Shown piece after piece: positions 18,206 to 28,088 of a stretch of DNA of 64,000 bases; within the stretch, counting starts at the first letter, position 1, and each line of letters opens with the position of its first letter. Under the pieces are notes generated by a model. The model searched no databases. It saw nothing but the letters and a program-made list of their open reading frames with translations, and was not told the origin of the DNA. Made by a program: the position numbers and the translations under genes. Origin of the DNA: Candidatus Zhuqueibacterota bacterium (GTDB taxonomy: Bacteria > Zhuqueibacterota > Zhuqueibacteria > Thermofontimicrobiales > Thermofontimicrobiaceae); the NCBI GenBank assembly GCA_049322915.1, contig JBMOPW010000016.1:7971-71970 (forward strand), given 5' to 3'.

Positions 18206-20236
18206 TTAAACCGGCAAATACACATAAAACGTCGTTCCTTTTCCCACTGCGCTCTCTACTTCAATTCTGCCATTGTGCTGAGAAATGATCTGATTCACCA
18301 GACTGAGCCCCAAACCGGTGCCTTTGGCTTTCGTCGTAAAATACAGATTGAAAATTTTTGGCAATGTTTCCGGGTCGATGCCCATGCCGGTATCGCTGAT
18401 TTCAATGAGAATTTCATTTTTAAGCTCTGTGAGCGCCGAGCGGATGTCGATGCTGCCTTTGCCAGCAATGGCCTCCAGACTATTGCGAATTAAATTCAGC
18501 AGCGCTTGTTTCATCTGATTTCTGTCCAGCAGCGTCGAAGGCAGAAGCTGCAAATGAGCGGATATCCCGATGTGTAGCTGGTCTGCCTGTGATTTCAGCA
18601 GCGCCACCGTGGATTCGATCAATTCATTGAGATTGGTCTTCTCCAGGTTGAGCGGTGCTGGCCGGGCGAATATTAGAAATTGCTGAATTATGGCATCGAT
18701 GCGCCGGGATTCCGCGGAAATTATCCTGGTCAGTTCATGAAACTCCTCGCTATCCTGATTCGGCTCGAATTCTTTGTCCAACCGCTGCGAGATCATGCCG
18801 ATGGCGTTCAGTGGATTCCTGATTTCATGGGCCACGCCGGAGGCTAACTGCCCCATGGCTGTCAATTTTTCCTGACGTCGAAGATTTTCTTCCAGGGCGT
18901 GTTTTTCGGTCAGGTCTTTGATCACAGCGAAGGCAGAATCAATCTCGCCCCTGTCGTTCATCAAAACCGACGTATTGATCGATGTGATCAATCGTCTGTT
19001 TTCCAGATGAATGGTTTTCTCTTCTTCTGTCACGGTTTGGCCGGTCTCCAGCGTTTGAAGCAGGGGAGAGATATCAACGGCCAAGACCGATTCGCACGGT
19101 TTTTCCAGTACTTTCCCGGCCGGTATTTTGAATAGCCGGGAAGCAGCCCGATTGAAAATGGTGATGCAGCGGTCCTTGTCGATGGCAATGACCGCGTCGG
19201 TCATGTTCTCCAAAATATTTTTGGAATAGGTCTGAATGCGTTGATACGCCGTTTGCATGATGCGATAATTCTGATTCATGGTGAGCAAATTCACCGCCGT
19301 GATGATGAACAATCCCATGATGATGGAGATGATGATCAACCGCCGCTGAATCCGACTATCGGCCTGTTCGAGATGATCTGTTTTTATGCCGATGCGAAAG
19401 AGTCCGGCCGGCTCGCCGGACAGAATGAACGGCTGGACAAATTCGAATACCTCCCGATCATCCACTTCGAGCATGCGAAATGCTTTGGTCTTGTTCGTGT
19501 AAGCCGTCATCAGAAACGAATCGCTTTCGATGCGCTGCATCCGCGTGATTCCGCTGGAGGCAAGGATTATTCCATCCAGATCCTGCAGGATGATGTAATC
19601 GATGCCCTCGTAGTCGGCAATATCCTGCATCAGCCGACCAATGCCAATGGACTTCTTGAATTCCAGTATATCATCCGCGTCGATATCCACGACAATGACG
19701 CCGCCGCCGGAGCGTTTCACAGCCACGGCAAAGAGATTGGATCGCAGCCCGCGCTCGATGAGATAGCCAATCACCCAGGTGTCATCGCCGCGAATCAGCA
19801 TGGTTCTGAATTCGGGCAACGCTTGAAAGTAGGCTGAACCGACATGGCTGGATGCGGTCATAGCACCGCTGGAATTTACGACAAAGATATTATTCAGCCC
19901 ATTCTGGCGCGCAATATCGGTGAGATTCAGGGAGGTCAATTCGGTGTCTGACACCAGTCGGTCGATGAGCCGCGCTGTGGAGATCAGTTTTTCTTCGATG
20001 AGCGTTTCAATCTCCTGAATGGAGAGAATGGCATTGGCACCGCTGACGGAAATGGCTTCCACCAGCGTTGTGGCTTCTTCTTCCATGATATGCAGAATTT
20101 CCCGTCGCGTATGGGAGAGCTCCAGAAAAGCGGAGATGAAAAGCACGGACATGAGCAGGATGGAAAAAATGAACACGTAACGCGGTTGAAGACGTTTGAA
20201 ATTCCTCAACTGGGGGATGGTTTGGCGTTTCCTCAT
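18206..20236 (-). CDS. Membrane PAS sensor histidine kinase
   Basis: Two TM helices; PAS; LASGVAHEIRNPLNAI, NLIRNSLEA, DTGMGI, FTTKAKGTGLGL. Confidence 0.95.
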   Translation of the reverse strand: MRKRQTIPQLRNFKRLQPRYVFIFSILLMSVLFISAFLELSHTRREILHIMEEEATTLVEAISVSGANAILSIQEIETLIEEKLISTARLIDRLVSDTELTSLNLTDIARQNGLNNIFVVNSSGAMTASSHVGSAYFQALPEFRTMLIRGDDTWVIGYLIERGLRSNLFAVAVKRSGGGVIVVDIDADDILEFKKSIGIGRLMQDIADYEGIDYIILQDLDGIILASSGITRMQRIESDSFLMTAYTNKTKAFRMLEVDDREVFEFVQPFILSGEPAGLFRIGIKTDHLEQADSRIQRRLIIISIIMGLFIITAVNLLTMNQNYRIMQTAYQRIQTYSKNILENMTDAVIAIDKDRCITIFNRAASRLFKIPAGKVLEKPCESVLAVDISPLLQTLETGQTVTEEEKTIHLENRRLITSINTSVLMNDRGEIDSAFAVIKDLTEKHALEENLRRQEKLTAMGQLASGVAHEIRNPLNAIGMISQRLDKEFEPNQDSEEFHELTRIISAESRRIDAIIQQFLIFARPAPLNLEKTNLNELIESTVALLKSQADQLHIGISAHLQLLPSTLLDRNQMKQALLNLIRNSLEAIAGKGSIDIRSALTELKNEILIEISDTGMGIDPETLPKIFNLYFTTKAKGTGLGLSLVNQIISQHNGRIEVESAVGKGTTFYVYLPV

Positions 20237-20407
20237 GGCGGTTGTCTTTTGAATGGCTAATTACTACTTCGTCGGATTCAGATAAAAATGGAGCGCGATG
20301 TCTGCATCGCGATGCGCATTCCATAAAGGGAATGTACTCCACATAGCTTTGTATTCATGATTGTTAAATGCACCCACGTTGACTGCGTTATTCGAATCGA
20401 TACGAAA

Positions 20408-21634
20408 TCAGAATTTTATACTGCTGCCCACTGAAATCAGGCTTCCCCGTGAATCGTAATAAAAATCATTGGATTCATTGATCAAATAAAAATATGAAAA
20501 ATTTATGGTCAGGCCGCGGACGAAGCGGCGCAGCGCGAACTTTTTCTCGAGACTCCCGCCGAGGTAAACCTGACTGTCCGAGCGATTTTCATAATCCTGT
20601 GCCAGCGAGACAGAGTCGGTTTGAGTCGGGTAGGTGTAGTTTTTATCGGCAGAGCTGACCTGAAACGCCAGCGCGAAGTTGTGTGGGAGTATCTGCGTCA
20701 CGGTGGCGTACCATTCGTGGCTGGCGTAGGTGAATGGGTCATCGAATAATTCGTCGTCTTTGGAATAGGCGTATCCCTGGCCGGAGAGGTACCGCGTGTC
20801 CTGCGAAGGCGAAAACCGGCGGAGATACCCGATGCTGACGCCTGTCGTTTTGAAAATGGATTGCGCAATTTTTACATCCAGGCTCCATTGATGCGTCTCC
20901 GGGATGGATAAATGATTGGCAACGATGGCGGTATCCGACACAATGGGCGCATCGCCATGCCTGCGGCCCGGGCCCATTCCCTGATGCGGCAACACCCGGT
21001 CGGTGATGATCATCGTTTCTCCGGTTTGATCTTCGAGATAATTTTTCAATCCGAAATTGACCTGGGCGAAGATGGTCGTCCGGGTGGGGAGCCCAATTCG
21101 CGCGAGAAAGCTGGCGGACTGCTCGGCGAAATTAAATTGTTCCAGATTCTGAAAGCGTTTCTCTTTGAAAGAATAGCCGGTCTGAAAATGGACGTTTTGC
21201 CAGGGGGTCAGCGACAGGCTAGTTTTCAGCAGCCAGGTTGCAGCATCGTAGATGTCATATTCGGGCAAATTTTTCCGAAGCTGAAATTGCATGCCGGCTT
21301 GAAGCGTAAGCGACTTATAAATCGGCGCGATGGCGCTGGTTCCCAGATCATGCGTGTGAAAAAGCCGCTCATTGAAATCGTTGAATGCATTCAGATTGCC
21401 GGCATAATGAAACTGGAGTTGGGAGCTTTTGATGGGAATTTGATGGGAGAAAAATGCTGTGGTCTGAGTGATGACATCCGCTATTTCGAGATAATTGCGG
21501 AACACATTTTCATCATATACAACGGACTGTTCGATCCCGAACCGGGTTTGAGCCTCGCTCGAACTGAAAACTGAACTGAAAATAATTACAATCGTGCACC
21601 AAAACCATCCATTACGGAGCATTTTTCTTGCCAT
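20408..21634 (-). CDS. Putative outer-membrane beta-barrel protein
   Basis: Start MARKMLRN with signal peptide; alternating aromatic beta-strand pattern; C-terminal Phe. Confidence 0.7.
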   Translation of the reverse strand: MARKMLRNGWFWCTIVIIFSSVFSSSEAQTRFGIEQSVVYDENVFRNYLEIADVITQTTAFFSHQIPIKSSQLQFHYAGNLNAFNDFNERLFHTHDLGTSAIAPIYKSLTLQAGMQFQLRKNLPEYDIYDAATWLLKTSLSLTPWQNVHFQTGYSFKEKRFQNLEQFNFAEQSASFLARIGLPTRTTIFAQVNFGLKNYLEDQTGETMIITDRVLPHQGMGPGRRHGDAPIVSDTAIVANHLSIPETHQWSLDVKIAQSIFKTTGVSIGYLRRFSPSQDTRYLSGQGYAYSKDDELFDDPFTYASHEWYATVTQILPHNFALAFQVSSADKNYTYPTQTDSVSLAQDYENRSDSQVYLGGSLEKKFALRRFVRGLTINFSYFYLINESNDFYYDSRGSLISVGSSIKF

Positions 21635-22340
21635 GTGATTGTCCCATCTTCCCTTTATTTGACCGCTGAAAGCGTCGACCATCGGAAATCCCATCGCCAT
21701 CGTTGTCAATGAAATAATCGTAGAACCGATGGGAGCCATACTGGTTCTTATCCATCTCGAAACGATCGGCAAATGAGTCGTGCATGCCATCGCCGTTTTT
21801 GTCTTTGAACGAGTACGGCTCGTCGCTGGTTTCCTCGTCGATGCAGCCGTAGCGATAGCCCATGGTATTATCGCTGGCGAACCGGATGCCGGAAATATCG
21901 TTAGCCCCGTCGCTATCGGCGTCCAGCACAAACTCGCTGAGGTCCGCTTTGAACACCGCTTTCACGCCCGAATCCTGCAGGCCATCGCCGTCATGGTCGA
22001 CCCAGGGGATCTCCGGGCGAATACCCCTGGCCTTTAAAATGGCTATCATCAGGTCATTGATGCCGTCGCCGTCTTTGTCGCGCCAGAGATCGTTCACCCC
22101 GTCATTGTTTTTATCCTGATACTGAAACTGATGCGCGTACTGAAGGTTGGAAACATCATTGACGCCATCGCCATTGCCATCGGCGAACAGGTCGTTGATC
22201 CCATCCTTGTTTTTATCGACGTAGCCGACCGTTGCGACGGAGTTGCGGGGTATCTTCTGCTGGCTAAAACTGACGCCGGTCCCGAACAGCAGCAACAACA
22301 GTCCGGCGCGCGCCAGATTTTTTAGTATTATGTATTTCAT
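21612..22340 (-). CDS. Exported protein with multiple DxDxDG Ca-binding loops
   Basis: Signal peptide; DKNKDGIND, DGNGDGVND, DKNNDGVND, DKDGDGIND, DHDGDGLQD, DADSDGAND, DKNGDGMHD, DNDGDGISD. Confidence 0.8.
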   Translation of the reverse strand: MKYIILKNLARAGLLLLLFGTGVSFSQQKIPRNSVATVGYVDKNKDGINDLFADGNGDGVNDVSNLQYAHQFQYQDKNNDGVNDLWRDKDGDGINDLMIAILKARGIRPEIPWVDHDGDGLQDSGVKAVFKADLSEFVLDADSDGANDISGIRFASDNTMGYRYGCIDEETSDEPYSFKDKNGDGMHDSFADRFEMDKNQYGSHRFYDYFIDNDGDGISDGRRFQRSNKGKMGQSHGKKNAP

Positions 22341-22539
22341 GTTTAAACCTCTCCTCCAAAAAATATGCAGGAAAAGGTGCCCATTTTCGGTTTGAACGCC
22401 ACCAGAAGATAAACAATCTGATGTAAAGAATCAAGCTCAAAAACATGGCACCTTCTCCTTCCTTCCATAGATAAGGGATTATACGGATAGGGCATACTTT
22501 TCGTAATCCCATTATGGGATATTAATTTCTATCGGTCCT

Positions 22540-24027
22540 CTACTTCATGAAGACCATTCGTCGTGTCTGAACCTGATCGTTCACGGCCAATCGGTAAAAA
22601 TACACTCCGGACGGAAGCGCATTGCCCAGATTGTCACGACCATTCCAGGTCGCCTGATGGGAACCAGCGTCTTTCACTGCATTCACGAGCGCACGCACTT
22701 CGTGTCCCAGCGTATTGTACACAGTGAGTTTCACCAGGGATCGCTCATTGAGCTGATAGCTGATCGTGGTTGTCGGGTTGAATGGGTTCGGGTAATTCTG
22801 CGCCAGCGAAAATTCGTGCGGCGTCGATGCGTCCTGAGTGAGAATGCCGGTGCTGCTCTCGGTGGCATAAAACAAAGCATAATAGGTTTCAATCGAGTTC
22901 GACTCCAGGGAGACCGTCTGCAGGGTTCCATCGATAGTTGTCCCGTCGATAGCCACCCAGATTTCGGCGTCTTCATTCCAATATTTCAGCGTGAAAGAAG
23001 CGGCGCTGGTTTTCGGCAGACACAGGCCATTGGAATCGCCGGCACAAAATCCGAGGTGCAGATGCAATTTTTTCATGAATTGGAACTGTCGGCTCGACTT
23101 CTGATATTGGCCGCTATCCGGATTGTAGAATCGGAAATGCCAGCCGGCCAGCGCCGAATCCGGTTTACCGGGGAGGCTATCGCGCCAAACCTGGTAGAAT
23201 TCGCAGTACAGAGAATCCGGGAAGCGCATGGAATGCTGGCCACTTTGCTGCATCGCTCCGGCCGGGACGTCCATCCACGAGGTGGAGTCCGATGGGCAGT
23301 GCAGTCGTGCATTGTTTGGATTGCCGCGGGAAATCCATTCGCCGGCCCAGGGCGCTGGTCCCTGAACATCGCGCCAGACCAGACTATTGATGTTCAAAAC
23401 GACCAGCCGCGTTAAAGTGAGATTCTCTTTGACAGCGCCCTCAATTGTGATCAGGTCTCCATCCAGTGGACGCACTGCGCCGCTTTCCGGCTCATACCAG
23501 ACCGGGCCAAAGCTCAAATAATAATCGGCAATTTCATCGCCATTGACATCCAGAAAATATTTCGGGTAGTAATACGTGGTATCCACCATCGCTGTCCCGC
23601 TGACAGTGATGACGGTGAGGCTGTCACAGAAATCATTTTGCCGCCACCAGTTTTCCACCGGCTCGCGCCAGATGAGGCCATTGATTTCGAACACAATCAC
23701 AATCGGGATCACCGGGTGCGGGTTGACCGACCCGACGATGGTCACAAAATCACCAGCAGTCGGGAGCGCTGCGCCGCTCTCAGGGACATACCAGTCCGGG
23801 CCAAAGGCCAGGTTGTAATCGGCGATTGCATCGCCATCGACATCGAGGAAGAACAGATTCTGATGGGTGGAATCAATCACCACGGTCCCTTGAAGCGTCA
23901 CCGCGGACAGTGAATCAGGCCATGCCTTTGTGCGTCTGTTTTTATCCTGCGCTGTGACATCCGCTATCTGCAAGACAAAAACGATCGCCATAGCCACGAT
24001 AGAAATGAGTTGTAGTCGTTGTTTCAT
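22540..24027 (-). CDS. Secreted protein with tandem FGPxWY (OB-fold-like) repeats and T9SS/FlgD C-terminal domain
   Basis: Two ~95-aa repeats LDVxGDxIADYxLxFGPxWYxPESGA; QNYPNPFNPTTTI...WNGRD...PSGVYFYRL. Confidence 0.8.
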   Translation of the reverse strand: MKQRLQLISIVAMAIVFVLQIADVTAQDKNRRTKAWPDSLSAVTLQGTVVIDSTHQNLFFLDVDGDAIADYNLAFGPDWYVPESGAALPTAGDFVTIVGSVNPHPVIPIVIVFEINGLIWREPVENWWRQNDFCDSLTVITVSGTAMVDTTYYYPKYFLDVNGDEIADYYLSFGPVWYEPESGAVRPLDGDLITIEGAVKENLTLTRLVVLNINSLVWRDVQGPAPWAGEWISRGNPNNARLHCPSDSTSWMDVPAGAMQQSGQHSMRFPDSLYCEFYQVWRDSLPGKPDSALAGWHFRFYNPDSGQYQKSSRQFQFMKKLHLHLGFCAGDSNGLCLPKTSAASFTLKYWNEDAEIWVAIDGTTIDGTLQTVSLESNSIETYYALFYATESSTGILTQDASTPHEFSLAQNYPNPFNPTTTISYQLNERSLVKLTVYNTLGHEVRALVNAVKDAGSHQATWNGRDNLGNALPSGVYFYRLAVNDQVQTRRMVFMK

Positions 24028-24118
24028 GTTGGACTCCTTTGCTTAAATGAAATGTTGATCGAATGGCGGGTACGATGTTGAATGGCATACCCTGGGTGAA
24101 GATCTTCGCTCGAATAAA

Positions 24119-24134
24119 ATCAAACTCCATGCCA
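24119..24134 (-). promoter_or_regulatory. Putative sigma54 (-24/-12) promoter
   Basis: Minus strand TGGCATGGAGTTTGAT (GG-N10-GA variant), about 90 nt upstream of the operon that ends in a sigma54 activator. Confidence 0.55.
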
Positions 24135-24402
24135 GTCAATTGAATAGCCCCTAACGGCCAAAAATTGAGTGAGTTAAAGTCGTGTCCTCTGAAGGGTATT
24201 CAACCAGGAAATCGACGACATGGTCGAGTTATTTCGACCATTTCGACGGTGTCCTCTGCGATGTCGGCAGTTGGCCTGGTCCGGCAAATAGTTAAATTTC
24301 ATCTTGAATAATCTGAAAAAAAATGTTATCTTCAGCTTCGGATTTGAAAAGTACTCAGAACAGGAGTGGGCTCAATCAATCATACAACGAGGTGTTGCGG
24401 TG

Positions 24403-25605
24403 ATGGCGAATTTTCAGGTGAGGGATATCGAATTGGCGCCGCGCGGACAGGTTCACATCGATTGGGTGGCGAAGTGGATGAAAGTGCTGAATCAATTGCG
24501 CGAGCGGTATGAAAGCGATGGTTGTTTCAAGGGCAGGCGAATCGCGCTCTGCATTCATCTGGAAGCGAAGACCGCCTATCTGGCGCTGACGATGCAGCGG
24601 TTGGGCGCTGAAGTGTGGGTGACGAGCAGCAATCCGCTTTCGACCAAAGACGATGTGGCTGCGGCTTTGGCCAGGCATGGCGTTCACGTTTTTGCCGAAC
24701 ACGGCGCAGACGAAGGAACCTACAATGGCTTTATCCGGGCCATTGTTGAGCAGCAACCCCATGTCATTGTCGATGATGGCGGCGATGTGTGTCATTTCAT
24801 CCATCAGAACCCGGCGTTCGGCCAGAGCCTGTCCGGATTCTGCGAAGAGACAACCACCGGTGTGGCGCGGCTGCGGGAGATGGCCCGGGCGGGTAATCTT
24901 CGCTATCCGGCCATTGCCATCAACGACGCGCGCTCGAAATATCTGTTCGATAATCGCTACGGCACCGGGCAGTCCACCTGGACGGCCATTATGCACCTGA
25001 CCAATAGAAATATCGCCGGTAAAACAGTGGTGGTCATCGGCTATGGCTGGGTGGGACGGGGCGTGGCGCTGCGCGCGAAAGGGCTTGGCGCTGAAGTCGT
25101 CGTCACGGAAATTGATCCCTGGAAAGCGCTGGAGGCCAGCATGGATGGCATGCGGGTGATGCCCAATGCTGAGGCGGCCCGAATCGGTGATTATTTCATC
25201 ACCGCCACCGGCGCACGGGACGTGCTGCGCCGGGAGCATTTCGCAACGATGAAGGATGGCGCCTGCCTGGCCAATGCCGGCCATTTCGACTATGAAATCG
25301 ATACGCGCGCGCTGCGGGACATGGCCCAATCCGCACAGATGGTTCGCGACAATATTGGGGAATTCGCCCTGAGAAACGGGAGCCGCCTGTATCTGTTAGC
25401 CGATGGCGGCATTGTCAATATTGCCGGCGGACTGGGGCATCCGGTGGAAATAATGGATTTGTCGTTCGGTGTTCAGCTTGGCTGCATCCATTATTTGCTG
25501 TCCCACGAAAAACTCGCGCCCGGCGTCTACAGCGTGCCGGTGGAAATCGACGAGTTGGTTGTCCGCGAGGGGCTTCGTTCCGATGGCATAAAAATTGACG
25601 GGTAG
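24403..25605 (+). CDS. ahcY: Adenosylhomocysteinase (short, archaeal/Thermotoga-like type)
   Basis: HLEAKTA, SNPLSTKDD, DDGGD, EETTTGV, KYLFDNRYGTGQS, GYGWVGRG, NAGHFD, GHPVEIMDLSF. Confidence 0.93.
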   Translation: MANFQVRDIELAPRGQVHIDWVAKWMKVLNQLRERYESDGCFKGRRIALCIHLEAKTAYLALTMQRLGAEVWVTSSNPLSTKDDVAAALARHGVHVFAEHGADEGTYNGFIRAIVEQQPHVIVDDGGDVCHFIHQNPAFGQSLSGFCEETTTGVARLREMARAGNLRYPAIAINDARSKYLFDNRYGTGQSTWTAIMHLTNRNIAGKTVVVIGYGWVGRGVALRAKGLGAEVVVTEIDPWKALEASMDGMRVMPNAEAARIGDYFITATGARDVLRREHFATMKDGACLANAGHFDYEIDTRALRDMAQSAQMVRDNIGEFALRNGSRLYLLADGGIVNIAGGLGHPVEIMDLSFGVQLGCIHYLLSHEKLAPGVYSVPVEIDELVVREGLRSDGIKIDG

Positions 25606-25811
25606 GGTGCGGACGAGGACTTCATTTTTCCTGAGAGAAGGACGCGCGAAGCCTGGCGGCGTGAGGCTGGCTCGTTTCGCAGAGAGCCAAAGAATGCTAT
25701 CAGAGAATTTCGCCAATGTGATTGGCTTACAGTTGTGAAATCAGGCGATCCGCCGGCATGGCGACGAATGAATCAGAGAATATCACACATTTTCAGGAGC
25801 AAGCGATTCGA

Positions 25812-26846
25812 ATGAAACAAGAGGCTGCTGCCATCATCGCTGCAATGCCCAAAGTTGAATTGCACCTCCATCTGGAAGGCGCTTTCACATTTGATTTTTT
25901 ATTCGATCTGATCGAAAAATACGGCGGGGATCCATCGGTGAAAAATCGCCGCGATCTGGAGCAGCGGTTTGTCTTCAGGGATTTTCCCCATTTCATTGAG
26001 ACGTGGATCTGGAAGAACAGATATTTTCGCGCGCCGGAGGATTTTGAAAATTCGACCTATCACACGCTCAGGCAATTGCACGAGCACCATGTCCTCTATG
26101 TTGAGGCCTATTATTCGCCGTGGGACTTTTCAGGGAATGGCGTCGCAGTCGAAGCCATAACCGAAGCGAATCTGTCCGCCATTCGGCGCGCCCGCAGCGA
26201 TTTTGGCATTGGCTGCGCTTTGATCGCTGACATCAATCGCGATCTGGGCTGGGAGACAGGCATCGAGCGATTGAAGCAGATCATCCCATTTCGGCAGGCT
26301 GGCGTCATTGGCATTGGGCTTGGCGGCAGCGAGCAGTCTTTTCCGGCAGAGCCATTTCAACAGGTTTACCGGCGGGCGAAGGAACTCGGTTTTCACAGAG
26401 TCGCGCACGCCGGCGAGGCGGCCGGGCCGGAATCTGTGTGGGCTGCCATTGAGTCGCTGCATGTCGAGCGAATCGGCCACGGTGTTCGGGCGGCTGAAGA
26501 TGCAAAACTGATCGATTATCTCAGGGAAAGTCAACTGCCGCTTGAAGTCTGCGCCGGGAGCAATATGAAAACCGGCGTGTACAAAACACTGCGTGATCAT
26601 CCGGCCAAATTCTTATTCGAACAGGGGCTGTGCGTCACGATCCATTCGGATGACCCGGCCATGTTCGGCGCGTGGATCACCGACGAATTTTCAATGCTGC
26701 ACAAAGGCCTGGATTTTTCACTGGAGGATATTCGGCGACTTTCGCTCAACAGCGCGAACGCCGCGTTTTTGTCGCCCGGCGATAAAGCTCAATTGATCGC
26801 CCGGATGAACCAATTTTGGGAGCCGCTTCAGCATCAGCCAGCGTGA
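25812..26846 (+). CDS. add: Adenosine deaminase family protein
   Basis: PKVELHLHLEG, HAGE, RIGHG, EVCAGSN, SDDPAMF. Confidence 0.92.
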   Translation: MKQEAAAIIAAMPKVELHLHLEGAFTFDFLFDLIEKYGGDPSVKNRRDLEQRFVFRDFPHFIETWIWKNRYFRAPEDFENSTYHTLRQLHEHHVLYVEAYYSPWDFSGNGVAVEAITEANLSAIRRARSDFGIGCALIADINRDLGWETGIERLKQIIPFRQAGVIGIGLGGSEQSFPAEPFQQVYRRAKELGFHRVAHAGEAAGPESVWAAIESLHVERIGHGVRAAEDAKLIDYLRESQLPLEVCAGSNMKTGVYKTLRDHPAKFLFEQGLCVTIHSDDPAMFGAWITDEFSMLHKGLDFSLEDIRRLSLNSANAAFLSPGDKAQLIARMNQFWEPLQHQPA

Positions 26847-26945
26847 TCCCTGTTTTCGAAGCGCGTGCAGTGCATCGGGGCGTTGATCCGCATCCGGGCA
26901 GGGCGGCGCGGCAGTGCGCAATTTGGTCGAACGAGATAACGTCAC

Positions 26946-28085
26946 ATGAATGATGACCCTTGTAAAAATTTACGGTTAGCGCAGACCTGTTTCTCCGGTT
27001 CCTGGGGCGGATTGGAAATGTCGACATTGAAATGGACGAGCTATTTTCAGCACGCCGGAATATACAGTCCCTGTCTGTGCAAAAGTGGCAGTCCGCTGCA
27101 TCAACAACTGATACAGGAAAAATTGCAGCACATCGCGTTTCCCGTGGCGACCAAATATTTTTCGCCTGGCCTGAAACGGACCATCGCCGCCACGTGTCGG
27201 AACGAGCGAATCGATATTCTCATTTCCCATCGGTCTTCGGATTTGTGGCACATCGCACCGATGCTGTGGGGCCGGCCAATTTCGCGGCTGGTTCTGGTCA
27301 GCAGAATTCTGAGCAGCACGGTCGATAAAACGGATTGGTTTCACCGGCAAATTTACCGGAAGCTGGATGCCGTGATTGTTCTTTCTCAACTGGGAAAAGA
27401 TTTTTTTATCGCCATGACGCGGATGGCCCCGGAGAAAATTCATGTCATCCCCAATGGCATTACCATTGAAAAGTATGTTCAGGCGCGCGGCTTGCGCCAG
27501 CAGTATCGGGCGGAATTCGGCCTGTCGCCCGATGAAATTGTGGTCGTGCTGGTGGGCAGAATTGATCCGCTGAAAGGCCACCTGGAGTTCATTCAGGCGC
27601 TCTCCAATTTGAAAAAGCACTATCCCGGGATTCGGGCGTACATCGTGGGCGAGCGAACCCGAGGCGAATGGGACGATTATTTCGCGACGCTGGAAAAAAC
27701 GATTGCCACGAACCAGCTTGGGGATGTGGTTCAGTTTTTAGGCTACCGTCCGGATGTAGAGAATATCTACTCAATCGCCGATATATGTATTATGCCATCC
27801 TATGCAGAAGCGTTTGGCAATGTGCTGCTGGAGGCCATGGCGTCGCGCGTGCCGGTCATTGCCACAAACACCGGCGCTCCGCCGGAGATTCTCGATCACG
27901 GGAAATACGGAATCCTCATCGCTCCGAAAAGCGCCGGGGCCATTGAAAAGGCATTGAGCGACCTGATTGGCGATAGCGCCAGGCGGGAGCAGTTAAGCCG
28001 GCTCGGATTTGATCGAGTCAAAACGACCTATCAATTGAACATTGTGATGAAACAGGTCATTGATTTATGTTGTGGATTGAAATGA
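26946..28085 (+). CDS. Glycosyltransferase family 4
   Basis: VIPNGI, GRIDPLKG, PSYAEAFGNVLLEAMA, PVIAT. Confidence 0.92.
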   Translation: MNDDPCKNLRLAQTCFSGSWGGLEMSTLKWTSYFQHAGIYSPCLCKSGSPLHQQLIQEKLQHIAFPVATKYFSPGLKRTIAATCRNERIDILISHRSSDLWHIAPMLWGRPISRLVLVSRILSSTVDKTDWFHRQIYRKLDAVIVLSQLGKDFFIAMTRMAPEKIHVIPNGITIEKYVQARGLRQQYRAEFGLSPDEIVVVLVGRIDPLKGHLEFIQALSNLKKHYPGIRAYIVGERTRGEWDDYFATLEKTIATNQLGDVVQFLGYRPDVENIYSIADICIMPSYAEAFGNVLLEAMASRVPVIATNTGAPPEILDHGKYGILIAPKSAGAIEKALSDLIGDSARREQLSRLGFDRVKTTYQLNIVMKQVIDLCCGLK

Positions 28086-28088
28086 CGT

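Noticed and set aside
21635..21931. Long N-terminal extension of ORF 20408-21931, and the many antisense ORFs across 15.7-64 kb
   Set aside because: They overlap well-supported genes in other frames and are shadow ORFs of GC-rich coding sequence.
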